Shown: one piece after another, positions 1-6,737 of the stretch
How the letters are laid out: each line of letters begins with the position of its first letter
Numbering within the stretch: position 1 is the stretch's first letter
Virus record (IMG/VR): IMGVR_UViG_2778261154_000015
Coordinates: 1 to 12,954 of that record
Source: a virus
Lineage: Duplodnaviria; Heunggongvirae; Uroviricota; Caudoviricetes
Reading direction: 5' to 3' (one strand)
Length of the DNA: 12,954 nucleotides
The notes under the pieces: model-generated
What the model was told of the DNA's origin: nothing
Seen by the model: only the letters and a program-made list of their open reading frames with translations
Databases searched by the model: none
Position numbers and translations under genes: made by a program

Positions 1-1119
1 TTAAATAACCAACTTAACCCATTCCTGACCTCGAGTATCGTTATAGCGATCGGTGGTTGCCTGGACTTTATGTCCTAGTAATGTTTTTGTATCGATACCC
101 TGTGCACGGTACAGCCGTTCTGATAGAGAGCGTTGTTCATGAAATGTTGGCGGAGTTTTTCCTGCTGGTGGAATTATCCCAGCCAGATCCCGTGCTTTGG
201 CAAAGTAGTCGCTCAGGTTGTCTTTACTCATCGGCTTCGGTTGTTTCTGGTGCCGACTATGGATTAGATATGGACTTAATATTCTGTCTCGGCACCCATC
301 AATAACTTCTTTTAACGTTATCCCAATGGCATCACAGCGTAGTGTAAGCGGTAACGCCAGACGCATTCCGGTTTTTCCCTGGGTGATATGCAAGTGTTCG
401 TTCCACACATCTGAAAAACGCATGTGGCAAATGTCATCACGGCGCTGACCAGTAACAATCGCAAGAAGCATTGCGTTACGGATAAAGTGTTTTTCAGGCG
501 TTGCATTGTAAATTTTTTGCCAGTCTTCCATGGTGAGCCTGGCTCTGGTTACTTTAGGGATCGGTTTACGGGTAGCCTCCGGAGGATTCCATCCAGGAGG
601 AACTTCCCCTGCATGCTGTGCTTCTTTATAAATATCAACCCATAATCCACGATTTACTCTCGCTGTGCTGACCATGTCTTTATCCAGCCACTCATCCAGT
701 ATTAATGCAAAGTCTCTTACTTCCAGTTCTTTCAATGGGTGGTTTCCCAGACGGGAAACCAGGTATGCAGCCATTCGAGTTTTTTCTTTGTGAGTTGTAG
801 CTGCAATATCTCCATTTTTCAGTCGCGTGTCCTGTATTTTCAGATATCGATCAACCCATGCCTTTAATCTGATACCCCGACGTTTTGTTGCTGACGGACT
901 TTCATCAATTTTGCGCATGAAATATTCAGCTTCTGCTGCAGCTATTCGCTGATTGGCTGTGGAAGCGATTTTTTCTGCCTTACCTTTGTCTGTTCCGAGT
1001 CCGTGAAATTTTCCAGTCACAGGATTTTTATACTGGTAGTAAACTCTGCCAGTTCTGCGATCAAACTTTTCGTAAAGACCGGCTACGTCAGTGCTGTTTT
1101 TTCGTGGCCTCGGTGACAT
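1..1119 (-). CDS. int: Tyrosine recombinase / phage integrase (lambda Int family)
   Basis: 372-aa ORF whose stop (TAA) is at window positions 1-3 on the minus strand. The C-terminal tail TFHEQRSLSERLY...LLGHKVQATTDRYNDTRGQEW closely resembles the catalytic H-x-x-R...Y tail of lambda Int as I recall it. Its start is overlapped by the upstream xis-like ORF, as in lambda. Confidence 0.93.
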   Translation of the reverse strand: MSPRPRKNSTDVAGLYEKFDRRTGRVYYQYKNPVTGKFHGLGTDKGKAEKIASTANQRIAAAEAEYFMRKIDESPSATKRRGIRLKAWVDRYLKIQDTRLKNGDIAATTHKEKTRMAAYLVSRLGNHPLKELEVRDFALILDEWLDKDMVSTARVNRGLWVDIYKEAQHAGEVPPGWNPPEATRKPIPKVTRARLTMEDWQKIYNATPEKHFIRNAMLLAIVTGQRRDDICHMRFSDVWNEHLHITQGKTGMRLALPLTLRCDAIGITLKEVIDGCRDRILSPYLIHSRHQKQPKPMSKDNLSDYFAKARDLAGIIPPAGKTPPTFHEQRSLSERLYRAQGIDTKTLLGHKVQATTDRYNDTRGQEWVKLVI

Positions 1120-1357
1120 GAGTTAAAATCTCCTTCAGTGCATCATCATCGCCAGTATGAATTTCCGGCGCAATTCCCGTTTCACCAGGCCCAACAAATA
1201 CTGCTCGGCGATCTATCAGCCAACGCCCACGAATTTTTTGTGGCCTTGGAACGATGTATCCTAGTTTTCCGTATTTCACCAGGGTAGTGTTTGTTATTGG
1301 GAGACTGAACCGTTTTGGTTTCCACTCGTCGAGCGTTATCAGGTACTGTTCGCTCAT
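1088..1357 (-). CDS. xis: Excisionase (Xis-like small DNA-binding protein)
   Basis: Small ORF directly upstream of and overlapping int by about 30 nt. N-terminal YLITLDEW resembles lambda Xis YLTLQEW. ATG at 1357 is preceded by GGAG at about 8 nt; an in-frame GTG at 1366 is an alternative start. Confidence 0.75.
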   Translation of the reverse strand: MSEQYLITLDEWKPKRFSLPITNTTLVKYGKLGYIVPRPQKIRGRWLIDRRAVFVGPGETGIAPEIHTGDDDALKEILTHVTEATKKQH

Positions 1358-1418
1358 GGCTATCACTCCGGAACGCGCCAGTTGCAGAATATCAACGACA
1401 ACTGGCGACGGTTGAACA

Positions 1419-3860
1419 TTAAAAATCAGCCTGACTCGGGATCAGTTTTTGCCAGATAACTGAAACGTATTTTGCCTGGTAACGGGCGTCATCAAGTGCA
1501 TTATGGCGCTCACCTTCGAATGGAATAGCCGTTCTGGCATCGAAGTCTATGGCTTTCCCCAGCTCAACGATTGTGCGTACATCGCGATCGTTGTAGTAAC
1601 GCCACGGGCAGGGGATCCCCTGCCGTTCGTATGAACGGCGCAAAATCGTGTTGTCGAAGTTGGCTCCATTTCCCCAGACCTGAACAAAAAATTCACCGGA
1701 GTTTTCGTCGATAAATTCCCGCAATTGTAACAGTGCATCATCTAACGGGATTTCATCGGTCATAATGGCAGATTGCGCTTCGCGTGATTGTTTAAGCCAC
1801 CATTTAATGGTGTCCCGATCAATGACTCCGCCAGCAGTTTCCAGATCGATAGTCTTACTAAATTCCGGTCCCATATCTCCGGTTTGCGGATCGAAAAATA
1901 TTGCACCTATTGAGATAATCGGGGCATCGGGATTTTTTCCCATGGTTTCAAGGTCGATCATCAGATGAATCCCCGCTCTGCTGGTGGATGTGAGATTATG
2001 ATGACCGTTCGCCTTAATTAAGGGATCTGACGCCTCGCCAGTTTCACTATCGCTGGCATGATGCTGATTGCCGCCAGTGTTCTCCTTGTGCTGATGCGCA
2101 GTGCCTTCCATTTCCTCCGGATCATTTTCCTGAACTTCAGGCTGATTCTCTCCATCGAATATTTCCTGGTATGTTGCGTCACCCATCACCGCACCACAAT
2201 CAGGGCAGTTGCCGCCACCGCTCTGACCGCAGGCGGTGCAGATCTTTTCCGGTTCCTGTTGCACTACTGGTTCAGGTTGTTTCGTTTCTGGCTCGTTTTG
2301 TTGTGTATTTGGGCTGTTTTGTTCCGCTTTCTGGTCGTTCTGTTCCGTTTCTTGCTGGTTCTGGTTCACAGAATCGCGGGTCTGGATCCCCTTAACCCAT
2401 TTCGGATCATTAGGGTCGCTAATCCCCTCAACAAATTCACCACGCGATACAGCAAGTAACTTATCGGCGTCAGGCTGGCTGATATTGGCTGCCTGCATAA
2501 TTTTGTTTACTTCGTCAGCGGTGACTTTTACTTGGTTAGCGGAACTCACCTGCGACTGAGCATCCAGCGACTGCGCGTTCTGGCCATGTTCAGTTGTATC
2601 CGGTTCCATTGTTTCAGTTGTTGCCTGTTCACCTGCCATTGCGTCAGATGGTTGTGGTTTTTCTTCTTCTGTTTCACGCTCAGTAACCACCTCGCGGTTA
2701 ATTTCTTCCAGGATATCTTTTTCCGGCGTATGCCGGGCAGCTGTGAGAGTTTCCTTGCTGGGGTTCTCGTGATCAGTTTCCGTCAAATAGGCGTTGATAT
2801 ACCCCTGAAGGCGTCCCGGGTAGTGATAAAATTCAGGGTGTGCGCTTCGGATAAGTGCAAAAATAGCGGCGCGGGAATAGTCCAGAATACCCGGGGTTGC
2901 ACGAAGTGCTGCGGACCATTCTTTGAACGGACTTTCTTTGTTCAGAACTACTTCTTTTGCGCGACGATAAACGCTGCCCGGAATTTCATAAATATTAAAA
3001 TCCATCGGAAGTGTGGCTGCTGCAATCTCCACATCCAGTGTGTCGAGGGTGTGTACTAAATTCGGATTGCGATCGGTTTTGTTCCCACCGCCAGCATTAG
3101 CACCGGAAGCCGTGCGGGTGATGCGTGAAACACGATTTCCTTTCATCCACTCTTTTGTCAGCAGACCCCGATCAGTGTAGTCAGCGTCCAGGTATGCTTC
3201 GAAAAAAGCAGTTATTAGTCCCTGGTCTGAATTACCAGGATTAGGGAAAACTTTGTCAGTGTCACGAACCAGTTTGTGGAGGTCGCGAATCTCCAGCGAG
3301 TCGAGCAGACTGGTTTTATGCGAAATAGCCAGGGCAGTAACAGCCGGTAGTTCTTCAGCCTGTGCAATGTGTAATGCCTGGAGTTCGTCGCGTGAAACGT
3401 GCGTTACTGGTTTTTCGCTGCCGTGTTGAGCAAGCCAACGAATGGGCAGTTCCTGACCGGAGACAGGCAGAAGCATGCTCTCCTCAATCTCAGTCATGTC
3501 TTCGCCGTTGATGTTGGTATTGTCAGTGCTGGCTGGTTTGTCCTGAACAGAGGGGGAAGGGCCGATAAATGTCATTGTGATGCCATCTTTCCCGCCTTTT
3601 TCATAGCGGTTGCAGAATTCAGTATCAAACACGCCTTCTGGCGGAAGGTCGTCAACAACGGGCAAATTGACGCGGACGGGTTTTTTAAAGTCGTCTTCAT
3701 CATAATCGTTGTCATCCATTGCGGTAATGCAGCGGGAGATTGCAACAGATAATTTTTTTGCTGTAGTCCAGTAAAAACCACCTTTAATTCCCAGGCGTTT
3801 TCTTACTTTGTCATTTTTTGCTTCGCAATATAGTGCAAATTCTTCTTTATCAGTGCTCAT
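1419..3860 (-). CDS. Large multidomain protein with C-terminal DnaQ-like (DEDDh) 3'-5' exonuclease domain; probable full-length counterpart of ydfE, often annotated exodeoxyribonuclease VIII-like
   Basis: 813-aa ORF. The C-terminal region carries Exo I (IDLETMG), Exo II (VWGNGANFDNTI) and Exo III (HNALDDARYQAKY) motifs. Upstream of it are a Cys-x2-Cys...Cys-x2-Cys zinc ribbon (CTACGQSGGGNCPDCG) and a long Q/N/E/T-rich low-complexity linker. It sits between xis and ydfD, where the ydfE-type gene lies in Qin-type prophages. Confidence 0.8.
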   Translation of the reverse strand: MSTDKEEFALYCEAKNDKVRKRLGIKGGFYWTTAKKLSVAISRCITAMDDNDYDEDDFKKPVRVNLPVVDDLPPEGVFDTEFCNRYEKGGKDGITMTFIGPSPSVQDKPASTDNTNINGEDMTEIEESMLLPVSGQELPIRWLAQHGSEKPVTHVSRDELQALHIAQAEELPAVTALAISHKTSLLDSLEIRDLHKLVRDTDKVFPNPGNSDQGLITAFFEAYLDADYTDRGLLTKEWMKGNRVSRITRTASGANAGGGNKTDRNPNLVHTLDTLDVEIAAATLPMDFNIYEIPGSVYRRAKEVVLNKESPFKEWSAALRATPGILDYSRAAIFALIRSAHPEFYHYPGRLQGYINAYLTETDHENPSKETLTAARHTPEKDILEEINREVVTERETEEEKPQPSDAMAGEQATTETMEPDTTEHGQNAQSLDAQSQVSSANQVKVTADEVNKIMQAANISQPDADKLLAVSRGEFVEGISDPNDPKWVKGIQTRDSVNQNQQETEQNDQKAEQNSPNTQQNEPETKQPEPVVQQEPEKICTACGQSGGGNCPDCGAVMGDATYQEIFDGENQPEVQENDPEEMEGTAHQHKENTGGNQHHASDSETGEASDPLIKANGHHNLTSTSRAGIHLMIDLETMGKNPDAPIISIGAIFFDPQTGDMGPEFSKTIDLETAGGVIDRDTIKWWLKQSREAQSAIMTDEIPLDDALLQLREFIDENSGEFFVQVWGNGANFDNTILRRSYERQGIPCPWRYYNDRDVRTIVELGKAIDFDARTAIPFEGERHNALDDARYQAKYVSVIWQKLIPSQADF

Positions 3861-3953
3861 TATTGATAAACCTCATCACAGATTTAAGGGTGAACAAATC
3901 TCTGCCATTGCTGACATATAAGAATGAAACTGGATATTTATTACGGTGCTGTT

Positions 3954-4142
3954 TTAAAATCCTGCCGGGATTTCGTTATCCTGGTGAATAACTTTATCGA
4001 CCGGATAACAGTTGCCTGGGATTTTCTGTTCGGTTGCTGCGGCCATACATTCCTGCATTGTTCTGTGAACACTGACTGCAATATCAACTGGCTCTCCGGA
4101 AACAAGAAAAACCGTCAGAATAAGTGCAAATACTGGATTCAT
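3954..4142 (-). CDS. ydfD: YdfD-like small protein with N-terminal hydrophobic segment (reported lysis protein of the dicB operon)
   Basis: 62-aa reading frame from the internal ATG (MNPVFALILTVFLVSG...). Its start overlaps the dicB stop in an ATGA arrangement. Length and position match ydfD of the K-12 dicB operon as I recall it. Confidence 0.6.
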   Translation of the reverse strand: MNPVFALILTVFLVSGEPVDIAVSVHRTMQECMAAATEQKIPGNCYPVDKVIHQDNEIPAGF

Positions 4143-4327
4143 TGTGCACATCCTTTTGGCATCAGACGTAAACGGGCCAGCATTGAAACAATGCATACTT
4201 TATTTAATAACTCCCGTTCGTGTTTTCTTTTGTTAATGGCCTCTTCAGTGAATACAGGATTACTGATAGTGACACCAATTTCAAAACAACCTTCAGACGT
4301 ATTAACGTTTGGTAATAACGTTTTCAT
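4139..4327 (-). CDS. dicB: Cell division inhibitor DicB
   Basis: 62-aa frame MKTLLPNVNTSEGCFEIGVTISNPVFTEEAINKRKHERELLNKVCIVSMLARLRLMPKGCAQ, near-identical to the K-12 DicB sequence as I recall it. It lies downstream of DicF on the same strand. Confidence 0.9.
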   Translation of the reverse strand: MKTLLPNVNTSEGCFEIGVTISNPVFTEEAINKRKHERELLNKVCIVSMLARLRLMPKGCAQ

Positions 4328-4496
4328 TATCGCGCCCTCAACAATGAGTTTTGTGATGCGGTGCCTGGTGCTTCCAGGTGACGTTAACCAGTTAACAATT
4401 AACGCCGGATACAGAGAATCCACCCATAACACTGTTTTCGGTTTTAACTGTTCCGCGTGCGCTCAGCCGCATTCACCACATCACAAAATTCACTTT

Positions 4497-4554
4497 AAAA
4501 AGGGCGGCAGAGCAGTCACGGAGTAAAACTGATACCGCCAAACGTCACCAGAAA
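4497..4554 (-). ncRNA. dicF: DicF small regulatory RNA (Hfq-dependent antisense sRNA targeting ftsZ and other mRNAs) with its intrinsic terminator
   Basis: The minus-strand sequence reads UUUCUGGUGACGUUUGGCGGUAUCAGUUUUACUCCGUGACUGCUCUGCCGCCCUUUUU, matching the DicF sequence as I recall it. It ends in a GC-rich hairpin (GGCGG...CCGCC) followed by a U run, and lies about 170 nt upstream of dicB. Confidence 0.85.
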
Positions 4555-4887
4555 ATTGATAACAGAGGGCGTTGCAGCGGGGTTGTCACTTAAGCGTATG
4601 GTCAACCTGACAACCCGGTGTCCTCAACGGGGAAGGAATAACCCCGCCATACTTACCGCCGCGCCATTTCGCGGATTGCCACAACCGGAAGCGCACGGTC
4701 GACGAAAATTTAACGACAGACCATTTATGAACTAACAGCCTCGCCGTGCGCTTTCGCGTTATGCCCTGACTTTTCAGGGACATATCCTTTCAGTAAACTG
4801 TCAGTGCCGGATGCTCACCCGTGTCCGGCGCACGCACTCCACCTCACCCGTGGAGAACTCCTTAATTACCAACCCTCAGGAGGGTGA

Positions 4888-5121
4888 ATGTTAAAATCAA
4901 CTCTTATTGCTAAATGCCTTTATCAAAATCGCATGGTAAGCAGCATTTCAATAGGCGAGTCTGCAGTTAAAAGTATTTTCGAAGAGTACTTTCCCGGGCA
5001 TGATTTTAATAAATGGAATACCAAATTACCGCCAGCAGTTTCAACGCGTATTCTGAAAGCAACTGAAAGAGCAAGTACAATTCGCGTTAACTATTTCATT
5101 AAAGATTTGTGGGATCTTTGA
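4888..5121 (+). CDS. Hypothetical protein (77 aa), unrecognised; part of an AT-rich insert
   Basis: ATG preceded by a strong Shine-Dalgarno (cAGGAGGgtgaATG). AT-rich coding sequence on the opposite strand to the surrounding operon. Its 3' end overlaps the 3' end of the convergent 135-aa ORF by 23 nt. No family recognised, so coding status is uncertain. Confidence 0.45.
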   Translation: MLKSTLIAKCLYQNRMVSSISIGESAVKSIFEEYFPGHDFNKWNTKLPPAVSTRILKATERASTIRVNYFIKDLWDL

Positions 5122-5506
5122 TATCCACAGAGCCTAAAGTATGTGCATATGGATGTGCTATTGTGCGCCCTCGCAGATTTGCATCATTTTCTAAATTCAC
5201 TGAACGAAACAGGGCATCAACAAGGCTCTGTACAATGCAAAGGCAATCGAAGACTGTCGCTGTTTCTGTTTTGATTGATGAAAGAACATGGCCATTCACG
5301 CAAACAGAAATTACCCGTTCATTAACATCGCTTTCCTGCTTTTGATTATCAGAACCATATAGCCCAGAAAAAGCATTGCGCACATTACGAACCATATTAT
5401 CGATGGTTTCTTTTTTGGTGTATGCCGGGTCAATTTTCACCAGACTATCACCGAGAGTCGTTGCAGCAATTGTCTGGATTTCTTTTGGTAAATCTTTAAA
5501 TTCCAT
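5099..5506 (-). CDS. Hypothetical protein (135 aa), unrecognised; extra gene within the dicB operon
   Basis: ATG at 5506 preceded by GAGG at about 6 nt, and only 22 nt downstream of the ydfC stop on the same strand. No hydrophobic segments and no motif I recognise. Visibly AT-richer than neighbouring genes. Confidence 0.6.
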   Translation of the reverse strand: MEFKDLPKEIQTIAATTLGDSLVKIDPAYTKKETIDNMVRNVRNAFSGLYGSDNQKQESDVNERVISVCVNGHVLSSIKTETATVFDCLCIVQSLVDALFRSVNLENDANLRGRTIAHPYAHTLGSVDIKDPTNL

Positions 5507-5528
5507 TATTAGCCTCGTTGGTTAACCA

Positions 5529-5747
5529 TTAACGTGGGTATGTAATCATTCTGGCAATGCTTAATGCCGCTGCTTTTTCCAGATTGGTGATATCCTGCTC
5601 CAGAGCGGACAGATTTTCAGCCTGCTTAGCCCTGGCTTCATTGGCCCATTTCAGGTCCTGCGCAGCCTTAATTTTCTGGTGCATCCACTCATAAAGTTCA
5701 TCATCGGTATAGTCTGGCGCGATGATGACGGGTTCTCGTTTCTGCAT
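5529..5747 (-). CDS. ydfC: YdfC-like protein (72 aa)
   Basis: 72-aa frame from the internal ATG (MQKREPVIIAPDYTDDELYEWMHQ...) preceded by GAGGA. Length and position (third ORF of the dicB operon, after the 51- and 42-aa ORFs) match ydfC. The upstream part of the longer ORF-track frame is basic and low-complexity, and is probably not translated. Confidence 0.7.
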   Translation of the reverse strand: MQKREPVIIAPDYTDDELYEWMHQKIKAAQDLKWANEARAKQAENLSALEQDITNLEKAAALSIARMITYPR

Positions 5748-5775
5748 ACTGATTCCTCGCGTGCTGTTTCGCTTA

Positions 5776-5904
5776 TCAGCCGTTAGATTTTGCCGAACTG
5801 GAAAGCGCCTGTTTAAATTCGCTGAAGCTGAGAGCTTCTTCGCCTTCGGCAAGGCCTTCGAAGTATTCTTCGTAAGCCTTTTCCATGATTGTGTCGAAAT
5901 CCAT
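5776..5904 (-). CDS. ydfB: YdfB-like small acidic protein (42 aa)
   Basis: Not in the ORF track (below its size cutoff). By manual translation: MDFDTIMEKAYEEYFEGLAEGEEALSFSEFKQALSSSAKSNG. Its ATG lies 1 nt after the ydfA stop (TGAtATG) with an AGGTGA-type SD inside ydfA. The 42-aa length matches ydfB. Confidence 0.6.
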   Translation of the reverse strand: MDFDTIMEKAYEEYFEGLAEGEEALSFSEFKQALSSSAKSNG

Positions 5905-5905
5905 A

Positions 5906-6061
5906 TCACTCACCTGAGTTTCTTTCCAGCCAGCGACGGGCACCATTTTCGGTTTTAAACGTTTTGCTTTTGGTATACGTCATGGCGGTAAACGTTCCAT
6001 CCTGGTTAGGGAACACGCCGCACACCAGAGATTCGTTGTTGCCAAGATCGATAGTATCCAT
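5906..6061 (-). CDS. ydfA: YdfA-like small protein (51 aa)
   Basis: 51-aa frame from the internal ATG (MDTIDLGNNESLVCGVFPNQDGTFTAMTYTKSKTFKTENGARRWLERNSGE) preceded by GAGG at 6 nt. It is the first ORF downstream of the putative dicB-operon promoter, and its length matches ydfA. Confidence 0.65.
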   Translation of the reverse strand: MDTIDLGNNESLVCGVFPNQDGTFTAMTYTKSKTFKTENGARRWLERNSGE

Positions 6062-6129
6062 GCTGACCTCATTTCCCCTTAACGCCGGGTGGCGGAACTG
6101 TTTGCTGAGAGCACCGTGCGGTGTCTTGA

Positions 6130-6175
6130 TGGATGTTAATTTAGTTTTCTCATGGTAATTGGTCAAGTATTTTTG
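6130..6175 (-). promoter_or_regulatory. Candidate sigma70 promoter for the dicB operon (dicBp-like)
   Basis: On the minus strand: TTGACC (plus coordinates 6161-6166), a 17-nt spacer, then TAAATT (6138-6143). This lies about 80 nt upstream of ydfA, in the 190-bp gap between dicA and ydfA. Promoter call made by eye only. Confidence 0.4.
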
Positions 6176-6252
6176 ATAAGAAATCTCAATATTTAATGCA
6201 AAACAAAGCCAATACATTGAAATGTAAGGCTTTAAAATTTGTGAAGGGGGGG

Positions 6253-6660
6253 TTATTGATGTTTGTTACGTTTACGAGCTTCTAGTAGCTCGGTGAATAG
6301 GCGATTAAAATTCTCAACGCGGGCACGGAGTTCGCTGATTTGTGCTTGCTGCTCTGATTTTGGAAGTGCGCGATACAATCGCAACATCTCCAACTCATCT
6401 TCCGATAGGTCTAAGGCGCTGTTGAGTGCAACTGGGGGATCTGGTGTTTTATCCTCGTCACCAAACAGTATCCAGGTTGGTGAACATTGCAATACCTCAG
6501 CTAGGCGATGCAAATTTTGCCCGCGCGGGGCTGTATGGTCGCTTTCCCATAGTGAAATTGATGAGCCAGATACGCCAGCAGCTTTGCTTAAATCGTTTTG
6601 ACTTAAACCAACCTGTTTGCGTCTTTCTCTAATTCGTTGACCTAAAGTTTTCTCGTTCAT
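6253..6660 (-). CDS. dicA: HTH XRE-family repressor, DicA-like (P22 C2 / lambda cI functional analogue)
   Basis: 135-aa ORF with an N-terminal HTH (LSQNDLSKAAGVSGSSISLWE) and the conserved LQCSPTWILFGDEDK segment. Same length as K-12 DicA. Divergent from a Cro-like gene, with a short operator-bearing intergenic region between them. Confidence 0.85.
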   Translation of the reverse strand: MNEKTLGQRIRERRKQVGLSQNDLSKAAGVSGSSISLWESDHTAPRGQNLHRLAEVLQCSPTWILFGDEDKTPDPPVALNSALDLSEDELEMLRLYRALPKSEQQAQISELRARVENFNRLFTELLEARKRNKHQ

Positions 6661-6737
6661 ATTTAGATATCTTAATAACTCTTGACTTGAGATTCCTTGA
6701 ATGATTACTATTAAGAAAACTCAACTTTGGAGGGGCG
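6661..6737. promoter_or_regulatory. Divergent dicA/dicC promoter-operator region
   Basis: 77-bp gap between divergent repressor and Cro-like genes. Plus strand has TTGACT (6682-6687), an 18-nt spacer, TACTAT (6706-6711), then GGAGG before the dicC ATG. An inverted pair CTTAATA (6671-6677) / TATTAAG (6709-6715) flanks the promoter. Confidence 0.5.

Noticed and set aside
1-60. attP or attachment site and tRNA target next to int
   Set aside because: The window begins exactly at the int stop codon, so the att core and any flanking tRNA would lie outside the sequence provided. Nothing can be supported from within the window.
2058-3059. Several plus-strand ORFs (133, 74, 107 and 175 aa) inside the exonuclease gene
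   Set aside because: All are antisense to a long ORF with clear DnaQ motifs. Their translations are Phe/Cys/Leu-rich low-complexity strings produced by the repetitive linker DNA.
1419-3860. Considered calling the 813-aa protein RecE (exonuclease VIII of Rac)
   Set aside because: The C-terminal nuclease motifs are DnaQ/DEDDh-type, not the PD-(D/E)XK fold of RecE. No RecT/Bet-like partner gene is adjacent. A generic exonuclease call was kept.
3924-4526. 200-aa plus-strand ORF overlapping ydfD, dicB and DicF
   Set aside because: It is antisense to three well-supported minus-strand features. The translation is Cys-rich and low-complexity, and there is no SD before its ATG. Most likely a chance open frame.
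4586-4783. 65-aa minus-strand ORF inside the GC-rich structured leader
   Set aside because: Arg/Lys/Trp-rich product typical of an out-of-frame GC-rich read. No SD. The region is better explained as structured non-coding RNA or DNA.
4555-4887. Possible retron msr/msd, CRISPR array or tRNA in the structured non-coding stretch
   Set aside because: No reverse-transcriptase gene is nearby. There is no regularly spaced repeat array (only two copies of a 10-mer). No cloverleaf with a T-loop consensus was visible by eye.
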